64,000 bases of DNA from Pyrinomonadaceae bacterium (GTDB taxonomy: Bacteria > Acidobacteriota > Blastocatellia > Pyrinomonadales > Pyrinomonadaceae), in the NCBI GenBank assembly GCA_041752475.1, contig JBGSWK010000042.1:15676-79675 (forward strand). Direction: 5' to 3'. Below are positions 9,337 to 16,512 of this stretch, one piece after another. A program made the translations under genes and the position numbers. The notes beneath the pieces are model-generated. The model was not told the DNA's origin and made no database searches. It saw nothing but the letters and a program-made list of their open reading frames with translations. Each line of letters opens with the position of its first letter. Position 1 is the first letter of the stretch.

Positions 9337-10743
9337 CATATGAATCGTCAGATCGTGCACCCCCTCGGCGGCTTCCATCATCGATTCCGAAACCGTCGGA
9401 TGCGCGTGGATCGTGTTCGCGATCGACTCGGCCGTCGCTTCGAGGCTCATCGCAACGCAGGCTTCGGCGAGAAGTTCCGTGGCGTGCGGGCCGATGATAT
9501 GAACGCCGAGCACCTCGTCGTATTTCTTCTCGGCGACGATCTTGATGAAGCCGTCGGTCTCGCCGAGGATACGCGCTTTGCCGCTCGCCGAGAACGGGAA
9601 TTTCCCGACCTTGACGTCGTAACCGGCCTCTTTCGCCTTGGCTTCTGTCAATCCGACGCTCGCGACTTCCGGATCGCAATACGTGCAGTTCGGCACGAGT
9701 CGCTGGTTAATCGGCTCGACCTTTTTGCCCGCAATTCGCTCGACGACCAGACAGCCTTCCTTTGACGCGAGGTGCGCCAGCCACGCGGTGTCGATGACGT
9801 CGCCGATCGCGTAAACGTTCGGCTCGTCGGTTTCGCAGTATTCGTTGACCTTGACCGTGCCGCGCGGATTGACCTTCACTTTCGTGTTCTCGAGTCCGAG
9901 CTTGTCGAGATACGGCATCCGGCCGATCGCGACGAGCAGCATTTCGGCCTCGAGTTCGACGTCTTTACCCTTCGAATCCTTGCCCGAGACCTTGACGCTC
10001 GACTTTGTCTTCGTCATTTTGTCCATCTTGACACCGGTCATACACTTGATGCCGCGCTTTTTGAACGCGCGCTCGAGTTCTTTCGAAACGTCGGCGTCTT
10101 CGAGCGGAACGATGCGGTCCAGAAGTTCAACGACCGTCGTGTCGCAGCCGAACCGCGAATAGACGCTGGCGAATTCGACGCCGACCGCGCCCGATCCGAG
10201 AACGACCATCGATTTCGGGACGTGATTGAGTTCGAGGATCTGATCGGAATTGACGACCTGTTTGCCGTCGACCTCAAATCCGGGAATCGGCCGGACGACC
10301 GAGCCGGTAGCGATGATGATGTTCTTGGCGTCGACCGTTTCCTTTTTGCCGTCGGCATACGCGACCTCGACCTTGCCTTTTCCGGCGATCTTGCCGAAAC
10401 CGTTGAAAACAGTGACCTTGTTCTTTTTCATCAAATACGTGACGCCGGCCGAATTTTTGGCGACGACGCCCGATTTGTATTCCTGGACCTTTTCAAAGTC
10501 GTAGCTCAAACCTTCGGTCTTAAGTCCGAAGTTCTCAAAATGCTGAGCTTTTTCGTAAAGATGTGCCGCGTTCAGAAGAGCTTTCGTCGGGATGCATCCG
10601 CGAAGTCCGCAGGTTCCGCCAAGCCGCGCGTCGGCCTCTTTTTCGATCAGCGCGACTTTAAGTCCCATCTGCGAGCCGCGCACCGCCGCCACATATCCGC
10701 CCGGTCCCGATCCGATAATTACAACGTCAAATTGTTCTGCCAT
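9334..10743 (-). CDS. lpdA: Dihydrolipoyl dehydrogenase (E3)
   Basis: VVIIGSGPGGY FAD motif, GGTCGLRGCIPTK redox-active disulfide, C-terminal HAHPT interface motif; start at ATG 10743 (MAEQFDVV). Confidence 0.9.
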   Translation of the reverse strand: MAEQFDVVIIGSGPGGYVAAVRGSQMGLKVALIEKEADARLGGTCGLRGCIPTKALLNAAHLYEKAQHFENFGLKTEGLSYDFEKVQEYKSGVVAKNSAGVTYLMKKNKVTVFNGFGKIAGKGKVEVAYADGKKETVDAKNIIIATGSVVRPIPGFEVDGKQVVNSDQILELNHVPKSMVVLGSGAVGVEFASVYSRFGCDTTVVELLDRIVPLEDADVSKELERAFKKRGIKCMTGVKMDKMTKTKSSVKVSGKDSKGKDVELEAEMLLVAIGRMPYLDKLGLENTKVKVNPRGTVKVNEYCETDEPNVYAIGDVIDTAWLAHLASKEGCLVVERIAGKKVEPINQRLVPNCTYCDPEVASVGLTEAKAKEAGYDVKVGKFPFSASGKARILGETDGFIKIVAEKKYDEVLGVHIIGPHATELLAEACVAMSLEATAESIANTIHAHPTVSESMMEAAEGVHDLTIHM

Positions 10744-10938
10744 ATGAGTCCTCGTTCCCAAAAGTATTAAAAGTGTAATTATAAAGACTTGAACGCAAAA
10801 GAAAAGCGGCGGCAAATTCCGGCGACGATGTTAACTTCAATGCGATGCAGTTCAAAGTGCCGATTCGCAAGCTCGCATCAGCAGCAGCGCCGGGAAATTT
10901 TGGCGCGGAGGGGCGTCAAACCTGACACCCGTTGATGT

Positions 10939-10944
10939 TATAAT
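10939..10944 (+). promoter_or_regulatory. Candidate -10 box (TATAAT), possibly giving a leaderless rhodanese mRNA
   Basis: Perfect TATAAT 8 nt upstream of ATG 10953; no convincing -35 at 17-nt spacing. Confidence 0.25.
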
Positions 10945-10952
10945 CCGGAACG

Positions 10953-11324
10953 ATGGATCACAGCGAGGAATTTCTGAAGATTACGGCGAACGCGAAAAGG
11001 CGCGTCCGCGAACTGACCGTCGACGAGACCCTGAAACGAATCGAAGACGGCGCGACATTGGTCGACGTGCGCGAAGACTGCGAATGGAATGCGGGCCGGG
11101 CCGCCGGCGCGGTTCACGTCGGACGCGGCATAATTGAACGCGACATCGTCGGGCTTTACCCCGAAAAGGACGCGGAGTTAATCCTCTATTGCGGCGGCGG
11201 CTACCGGTCGGCGCTCGCCGCCGACAGTTTGCAGCTTATGGGTTATACGAACGTATTTTCGATGATCGGCGGGTGGACCGCCTGGAACGAGAACGGTGCG
11301 CCGGTCGAATCGGAGGGATTATGA
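10953..11324 (+). CDS. Single-domain rhodanese sulfurtransferase
   Basis: Active-site loop CGGGYRS, about 120 aa. Confidence 0.8.
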   Translation: MDHSEEFLKITANAKRRVRELTVDETLKRIEDGATLVDVREDCEWNAGRAAGAVHVGRGIIERDIVGLYPEKDAELILYCGGGYRSALAADSLQLMGYTNVFSMIGGWTAWNENGAPVESEGL

Positions 11325-11719
11325 AATATTTCGAATTTTTGTTGATTATGGTTGTTTTCGGACTGGTGGTCGGATGCCAGAAAGAGGCGGTTGTCGACCA
11401 GCCTGCGGGTATCCGGCAGGTCCCCGTTGAAGCAGCCAAGGCTGAGATCGACGCGAAGAACGCGCAATTCATCGATGTCCGATCGCCGGAAGAGTTCGGC
11501 GCGGAACACGCCGAGAAAGCAGTTAATGTGCCGCTTGAAAAGGTCGAAACCGAACTTGTAAAACTCGACAAATCGCGTCCGATCTACGTCATATGCCAAA
11601 CCGGGCGACGTTCGCAACTGGCATCTGAAACGCTCGACAAGAACGGTTTCAAGGAAGTTTACAACGTCGAAGGCGGCACAAGCGCCTGGAAAAAGGCAGG
11701 CCTGCCGATTGAGAAGTGA
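11321..11719 (+). CDS. Rhodanese-domain lipoprotein
   Basis: ATGA overlap with the upstream gene; lipobox-like LVVGC after a signal peptide; active-site loop CQTGRRS. Confidence 0.75.
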   Translation: MKYFEFLLIMVVFGLVVGCQKEAVVDQPAGIRQVPVEAAKAEIDAKNAQFIDVRSPEEFGAEHAEKAVNVPLEKVETELVKLDKSRPIYVICQTGRRSQLASETLDKNGFKEVYNVEGGTSAWKKAGLPIEK

Positions 11720-12387
11720 TGGGTATCGAGGAAGCACGAGAAAGGACGAAGCAAATCCAGTCTCAATTTGCCGAACGTGGTGACGCGCTCGGCTGGTTCG
11801 AGGCGCTCTACAATGAAGCCGCCGGAGACAACGAACGCATTCCCTGGGCGGATCTCGAACCAAACAAGTTTTTCGTTGAGTTCGCGCGGAAAAACGAGCT
11901 TGCGGGTTCCGGTCAAAAGGCTTTGGTCGTCGGCTGCGGACTCGGAGACGACGCGCGGTTTCTCGACGAATTGGGATTCAAGGTGACGGCGTTCGACATC
12001 TCGCCGACGGCGATCGAATGGGCACGGCGGCTGCACGCGGACCGTGAGATCGAGTTCGAAACGGCGAACCTTTTCGAGCCTTTCCGCGGATGGATCGGCG
12101 CGTTCGACTTCGTCCTCGAGGTGTACACGATCCAGCCGTTGCCGCTGACGATGCGGCCGGACGTGATCGATCGGATCGCGTCGTTCGTCGCGCCGGGAGG
12201 CGAGCTCGTCGTCGTCACACGCGGCCGTGAGGACGACGAAGAACCGATCGAACTACCGTGGCCGCTCTCGCGCCACGACCTGTCGAGATTTGAAGCTAAC
12301 GGACTCAGTCAACGGTCGTTCGACGTAATGATGGGCGACGAAGATCCGCCGATCCCGAGATTCGTCATTTCTTACGGTAAGCCGTAA
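11716..12387 (+). CDS. SAM-dependent methyltransferase, thiopurine-S-methyltransferase-like
   Basis: VVGCGLGDDARFL motif I followed by AFDISP; start GTG 11716 or ATG 11719, overlapping the upstream stop. Confidence 0.7.
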   Translation: MMGIEEARERTKQIQSQFAERGDALGWFEALYNEAAGDNERIPWADLEPNKFFVEFARKNELAGSGQKALVVGCGLGDDARFLDELGFKVTAFDISPTAIEWARRLHADREIEFETANLFEPFRGWIGAFDFVLEVYTIQPLPLTMRPDVIDRIASFVAPGGELVVVTRGREDDEEPIELPWPLSRHDLSRFEANGLSQRSFDVMMGDEDPPIPRFVISYGKP

Positions 12388-12452
12388 GCAGTGAGCCATG
12401 AGCGGTGAGCGGTGGGCAGTAAGCCGTGAGCGGTGAGCAGTGAGCAGTCAGT
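12376..12452. repeat. Heptamer array, 11 units NGTRAGC (plus-strand sense)
   Basis: ggtaagc cgtaagc agtgagc catgagc ggtgagc ggtgggc agtaagc cgtgagc ggtgagc agtgagc agtcagt; the methyltransferase TAA stop (12385-12387) is inside unit 2. Confidence 0.85.
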
Positions 12453-12512
12453 ACCATCTGCCTTTGAGGCTGTGTCAAAACGCACGGTTGCCGTTTCGCT
12501 TTGTGTCTCAAT

Positions 12513-12638
12513 GTTGCCACTAGCTTCAGCTAGTGGACCGGCAACCGATAAAAACCCGGCTTTAGCCGAATCATGGCGCGGGTTCGGCTAAAGCCGGGAT
12601 CTTTTTCCCTTGGCCCACTAGCTGAAGCTAGTGGCAAC
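12513..12638. repeat. Nested palindrome with two CCACTAGC-TKMA-GCTAGTGG hairpins flanking a 16-bp stem
   Basis: gttgccactagcttcagctagtgg (12513-12536) and ccactagctgaagctagtggcaac (12615-12638) are reverse complements and each is itself a hairpin; they flank 12555-12598. Confidence 0.8.
12551..12606. terminator. Bidirectional intrinsic-terminator-like hairpin between convergent genes
   Basis: aaaa-cccggctttagccgaa / ttcggctaaagccggg-atcttttt: perfect 16-bp stem, 12-nt loop, A-tract before and T-tract after, so a U-tract follows on both strands. Confidence 0.5.
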
Positions 12639-12648
12639 ATCAATACAA

Positions 12649-12748
12649 AAGGCAAAGCGTCTGCACAGAAGTCAAAGCATCTGCACAGCAATCAAAGCAC
12701 CTGCACAAAAGGCAAAGCATCTGCATGGAAGTCAAAGCATCTGCTTAT
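12649..12748. repeat. 5 x 20-bp tandem repeat (AAGKCAAAGCRTCTGCACAG)
   Basis: aaggcaaagcgtctgcacag aagtcaaagcatctgcacag caatcaaagcacctgcacaa aaggcaaagcatctgcatgg aagtcaaagcatctgcttat. Confidence 0.8.
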
Positions 12749-12874
12749 GCGTCCTGACAAATCCTTCTTAGCGGACGGTTGAACACAGCAGTTCCCGGAG
12801 AGAGCCCAACCCAACGACTGACAGCATTGAACCATCCGCTACCGCAGATGGTACTGTCTGCGTACTGTCCACTG

Positions 12875-13119
12875 CTCACGGCTTACTGCTCACCGCTCAC
12901 GGCTTACTGCTCACTGCTCACGGCTCACGGCTTACTGCTCACCGCTTACTGCTCACCGCTTACTGCTCACGGCTTACTGCTCACTGCTCACTGCTCACTG
13001 CTCACCGCTCACCGCTCACCGCTCACTGCTCACGGCTTACTGCTCACTGCTCACTGCTCACTGCTCACGGCTTACCGCTCACTGCTCACCGCTTACTGCT
13101 CACCGCTTACCGCTCACTC
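12875..13119. repeat. Heptamer array, 35 units with no phase break (plus strand CTYACNG; minus-strand sense CNGTRAG)
   Basis: 245 nt = 35 x 7 counted unit by unit; the last unit (13113-13119) holds the TGA stop (tca 13114-13116) of the minus-strand gene; inverted relative to 12376-12452. Confidence 0.9.
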
Positions 13120-13608
13120 TACCGCCATTGCCCAGCCGTTGACGTAGTTGTTCCGGCCGATCACTTCCCGGCCGGAGTTTACGAGACAGTATCCGACCAC
13201 ATAATTTCCGGGCGGCGGCGATAAGGTGCCGCTCGCAGTATATTGCCTCTGGACGGCATCGACCTCGACATTGAGATGGTTATCGCCGATCATCGGATTG
13301 ACCGGGGCGGTCGGCGAGGCTTGATAGCAGACGGCGATCGCGGCGCGGGTCGTTGCGGATTTCGCCCCGAGCACCGCCGTTCCGGTTGCGACGATCTTCT
13401 GACCTTCGGCGACGGCGATCGTTCTGACCGGACCGAAAAACTGCCAGGTTGAGCCGGGAAAGACTTCGTAACTTCCTTCACCCGAAAAATCGACGACCGT
13501 CGCGGGGAGGGTCTTTGCCGTCGGGACGCCGTGATTCAGGGCTTTGTTGTTGGTAACAAACAAGAATGTACACGTCTGCAAAAACAGACACAGTAAGGTT
13601 ATTTTCAT
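13114..13608 (-). CDS. Secreted protein of unknown function (about 165 aa)
   Basis: ATG 13608 preceded by AAGGAG at 7 nt; signal-peptide-like MKITLLCLFLQTCTFLFV; beta-rich, no recognised motif. Confidence 0.5.
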   Translation of the reverse strand: MKITLLCLFLQTCTFLFVTNNKALNHGVPTAKTLPATVVDFSGEGSYEVFPGSTWQFFGPVRTIAVAEGQKIVATGTAVLGAKSATTRAAIAVCYQASPTAPVNPMIGDNHLNVEVDAVQRQYTASGTLSPPPGNYVVGYCLVNSGREVIGRNNYVNGWAMAVE

Positions 13609-13760
13609 TTGATTCTCCTTCAGATTTGAGTGTTTTCGGGGAGTGAGTCCCCGCCATACTTCGGGCGAAAAATTGAGCTCGGACGGCACTGGATGCCGTC
13701 GATAAATTCGACCGAATGGGTTAATTCTAACGAAAATCCTGGCAATTTCAAGTGCAGCTA

Positions 13761-13933
13761 GAATTCCGCGGGATTCCGAGGGGTTTCAGGCGATCCCGGA
13801 GATTCCAGAGATTCCAAAGATTTCAGGGGATTCGGGCGTTCCAGGAATTCCACGGAATTTCTCTAATTTCTAGAATTTCTGGAATCTGTGGAATTCCTGA
13901 AATCCGCAATCCAAAATCCAAAATCCAAAATCA
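13761..13933. repeat. Low-complexity GGAATC/GATTCC and AATCCAAA repeat tract starting at the hpt stop codon
   Basis: Minus-strand sense reads TGATTTTGGATTTTGGATTTTGGATTGCGGATTTCAGGAATTCC...; the plus strand further left carries gattccagagattccaaagatttcaggggattcggg. Confidence 0.7.
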
Positions 13934-14503
13934 GATGATCTCCGGGTTCTTGACGACCGCGATGAACGGCAGGTTACGGTAGCGGTTGGCGGCGTCCAGG
14001 CCGTAGCCGACGACGAATTTGTTCGGGATCTGAAACCCGCAGTATTCAATGATGAGTTCGGTCTTGATGCGCGGCTCGGGTTTGTCGAGGAGCGTCGCGA
14101 TCTTCAGCGAGTTCGCGCCGCGCGAATCGAGAATCTCCATCAGACGAAACAGCGTCAAGCCCGTATCAATGATGTCCTCGACGACGATCACGTCCTTGCC
14201 GCGAATCGGGTGCGTCAGATCCTTGAGAATCTCCACGTCGCCCGACGAGACGGTTTCGTCCTTGTAACTTGAAACCGCCATAAAGTCGATCTTGAGATCT
14301 AGATCGATCTCGCGCATCAGGTCCGACAAAAAGATCACCGAGCCCTTCAAAACTCCGACCAGGACCAGTTCACGGCCCGCGTAATCGGCAGTGATCCGGC
14401 GTCCGAGTTCGGCGACGCGTGACTTGATCTCGTCCGCCGAGTACATTACTTCGAGGTTCGGGTTGGTGAATTCGGTGAACTCCGCGACTGTTTGCGTTGA
14501 CAT
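13931..14503 (-). CDS. hpt: Hypoxanthine phosphoribosyltransferase
   Basis: VIVVEDIIDTGLTL PRPP-binding motif, about 190 aa, typical Hpt C-terminus YRNLP. Confidence 0.9.
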   Translation of the reverse strand: MSTQTVAEFTEFTNPNLEVMYSADEIKSRVAELGRRITADYAGRELVLVGVLKGSVIFLSDLMREIDLDLKIDFMAVSSYKDETVSSGDVEILKDLTHPIRGKDVIVVEDIIDTGLTLFRLMEILDSRGANSLKIATLLDKPEPRIKTELIIEYCGFQIPNKFVVGYGLDAANRYRNLPFIAVVKNPEII

Positions 14504-14576
14504 AGTTTTCGTTTAAGATTGATTGGATTTTTTAAGATACTATTGGAGCATCGTCCAAAGGTCAAATTTCGGGTTT

Positions 14577-15350
14577 ATGGCAGATACAAAAGAAACACGA
14601 GAACGCGTCCGGGAACTCGTCAAACAGGTTCTCGCGGGCGTCCCGGCCGAGGAAACGCCGAAGACGAATCCGATCGAACGGGTCGTCGTCAATTCCCTGC
14701 TGGATAAGGTGGGAAAGGAGTTTGACCGCGACGAGTCCGCCAAGAGCCTGATCACGGAAGACGATCTGCGCGGACTCGAACCGGGTGCGAAACTGCGTGT
14801 TTCGGAAAATGTGAAATTCACGCCCCTCGCCGGCGACCTTGTGCGCGAACGCGGGATCGCCCTCGTCAAAAAGGAATCGCGCCGCGCGACGACCAAGGTG
14901 CGGAGCGTCGCGGTCGGCTGCGATCACGGCGGCTACGAGTACAAAGAAAAGCTTTTGAGTTTTCTCGCCGGCCTTGAATTGAACGTCCGGGATTTCGGCA
15001 CAAATTCAAAGGACGCGGTCGACTATCCGGACTTCGCGCATGCCGTCGCGTTCGCCGTGTCTCGTCGCCAAACGGACGTCGGCATTATCATCGACGGTGC
15101 GGGGATAGGCTCGGCGATGACCGCGAACAAGGTTCCGAACGTCCGCGCCGCGGCGTGCTACTCGGTCGCACTCGCGAAAAACTCACGCGAGCACAATGGC
15201 GCGAACGTCCTGACGCTCGGCAGCGGACAAAACACTTTCGACGAGATCCGCGAGATCGTGATGGCGTTCCTAACTTCCGACATTTCGGAAGAGCGTCACC
15301 TGAAAAGGGTCGGGAAGATCGACGCGATCGAGCGAGAATATAAGAAATAG
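14577..15350 (+). CDS. rpiB: Ribose-5-phosphate isomerase B (RpiB/LacAB family) with an N-terminal extension of roughly 125 aa
   Basis: VAVGCDHGGYEYKEKL, GIIIDGAGIGSAM and ANVLTLG motifs in the C-terminal 145 aa; the N-terminal part is not RpiB-like. Confidence 0.75.
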   Translation: MADTKETRERVRELVKQVLAGVPAEETPKTNPIERVVVNSLLDKVGKEFDRDESAKSLITEDDLRGLEPGAKLRVSENVKFTPLAGDLVRERGIALVKKESRRATTKVRSVAVGCDHGGYEYKEKLLSFLAGLELNVRDFGTNSKDAVDYPDFAHAVAFAVSRRQTDVGIIIDGAGIGSAMTANKVPNVRAAACYSVALAKNSREHNGANVLTLGSGQNTFDEIREIVMAFLTSDISEERHLKRVGKIDAIEREYKK

Positions 15351-15737
15351 TTGTTTATTGTTAGGGATTAATTAATCACTGTAATTATTTATCTTTTCAG
15401 CCAACGCGCATAGAATAGAGGAGATGATTCGCATAACCCCAAAATCAGAGAAGACTCCGGACACGGCAACGGGCGCGTGGCCGACTATTACGGTCGGCCG
15501 CGGGCGCGTGGCCGAAGCCTCCTCGGAAAGCAAAATACGAAGCAAGTCAAACCGGACGATTTTGGGGCGCCGATCATCTTTTCGAACCGATTCGATTTCG
15601 GGCGCGGCTCGATTTCCAGCGTTCGACTGAATTTGCGGCGGTCGGGACCGTCTATCCGATCCGCGCTCGAACTCGAATCGGTTCGAATTTCCGCTCCGTG
15701 CGGAACTTCCGGATTTAGCGCTCCGGCACTTATGATT

Positions 15738-15743
15738 TATAAT
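15738..15743 (+). promoter_or_regulatory. Candidate -10 box (TATAAT) for the CPMK-repeat gene
   Basis: TATAAT 30 nt upstream of ATG 15773; GGAG at 15761-15764 as ribosome-binding site. Confidence 0.3.
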
Positions 15744-15772
15744 ACCGAAGTCCTGAGTTTGGAGAACTTTTT

Positions 15773-16240
15773 ATGAAAACAAAGGCAATTATCGCAATCA
15801 CCGCCGTATTCGCTCTCGCGATGGCGGTCTTTGCATTCAATCAAACCAATTCCCCGAAATTGGGCACGGCCGATTGCTGCATGAAAAGCGATTCGTGCCC
15901 GATGAAGGACAAGAATGCCGATTCGGATCGGATGTCGAAAGCCGACAACTGTCCGATGAAAGCTAAGATGTCTGATTCGGAACAAATGTCGATGCACGAC
16001 AATTGCCCGATGAAAGACAAAAAGTCCGATTCGGAAAAGCTGTCTGCCGACAACTGCCCGATGAAGGACAGGATGGCCGATTCGGAAAAGAAGTCTTGCG
16101 AGGACTGTCCGATGAAGGACAAGATGCAAAAAGACGACTGCCCGATGAAAGCCGATCGTGAGAATTCTTCAATGGACAACTGTCCGATGAAGAAGATGCG
16201 CGAGAAGCCGTCGACGGCGATAGCGCCCACGGCGGATTAG
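15773..16240 (+). CDS. Secreted Cys/Met/Asp/Lys-rich repeat protein (7 x CPMK), putative soft-metal binder
   Basis: Signal peptide MKTKAIIAITAVFALAMAVFA; repeats D(N/D/S)CPMK(D/A)K...DSE at about 11-17-aa spacing; GGAG RBS; the DNA repeat gacaactg(t/c)ccgatgaa recurs. Confidence 0.7.
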   Translation: MKTKAIIAITAVFALAMAVFAFNQTNSPKLGTADCCMKSDSCPMKDKNADSDRMSKADNCPMKAKMSDSEQMSMHDNCPMKDKKSDSEKLSADNCPMKDRMADSEKKSCEDCPMKDKMQKDDCPMKADRENSSMDNCPMKKMREKPSTAIAPTAD

Positions 16241-16304
16241 ACTGCGGTATCAGCGGCGCTTGCTCAAACCAGGCAAAGCTGACATTATTTTTCTCCTTTT
16301 CGAA

Positions 16305-16342
16305 ACGACAAAGGCAGCCAATGCAACGGCTGCCTTTGTCGT
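16305..16342 (+). terminator. Perfect 15-bp hairpin downstream of the CPMK gene
   Basis: acgacaaaggcagcc-aatgcaac-ggctgcctttgtcgt; no clear U-tract, so terminator function is uncertain. Confidence 0.35.
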
Positions 16343-16512
16343 TCCGGATCTGAGGGCTGAAGGAAAACCAACGCATCCGTACGCGAGCGCGTGCCTTCCC
16401 GCAAAGGCGCCAAGTCGCAAAGTTTGGCAGCTGAGGTTTTGACGGATCGGGATCCAGCTAATTTTCCGTGAATCTCCTCCTGCGAGACGAAATTAACTTT
16501 GGCAACACTTAA

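Noticed and set aside
12573-13147. ORFs 12573-12782 and 12779-13147 (LLTAYCSPLTAH... repeat protein)
   Set aside because: Both are read-through translations of the hairpin, 20-mer and heptamer repeats. The plus strand of the CTYACNG array merely lacks stop codons. There is no start context, and both overlap the 3' end of the minus-strand gene.
15737-16376. Three minus-strand ORFs (HRTV- or FIGQ-type repeat proteins) antisense to the CPMK-repeat gene
   Set aside because: They are repeat-generated open frames. Only the plus-strand ORF has a signal peptide, a GGAG ribosome-binding site and a TATAAT box. This rests on context, so experimental confirmation is still desirable.
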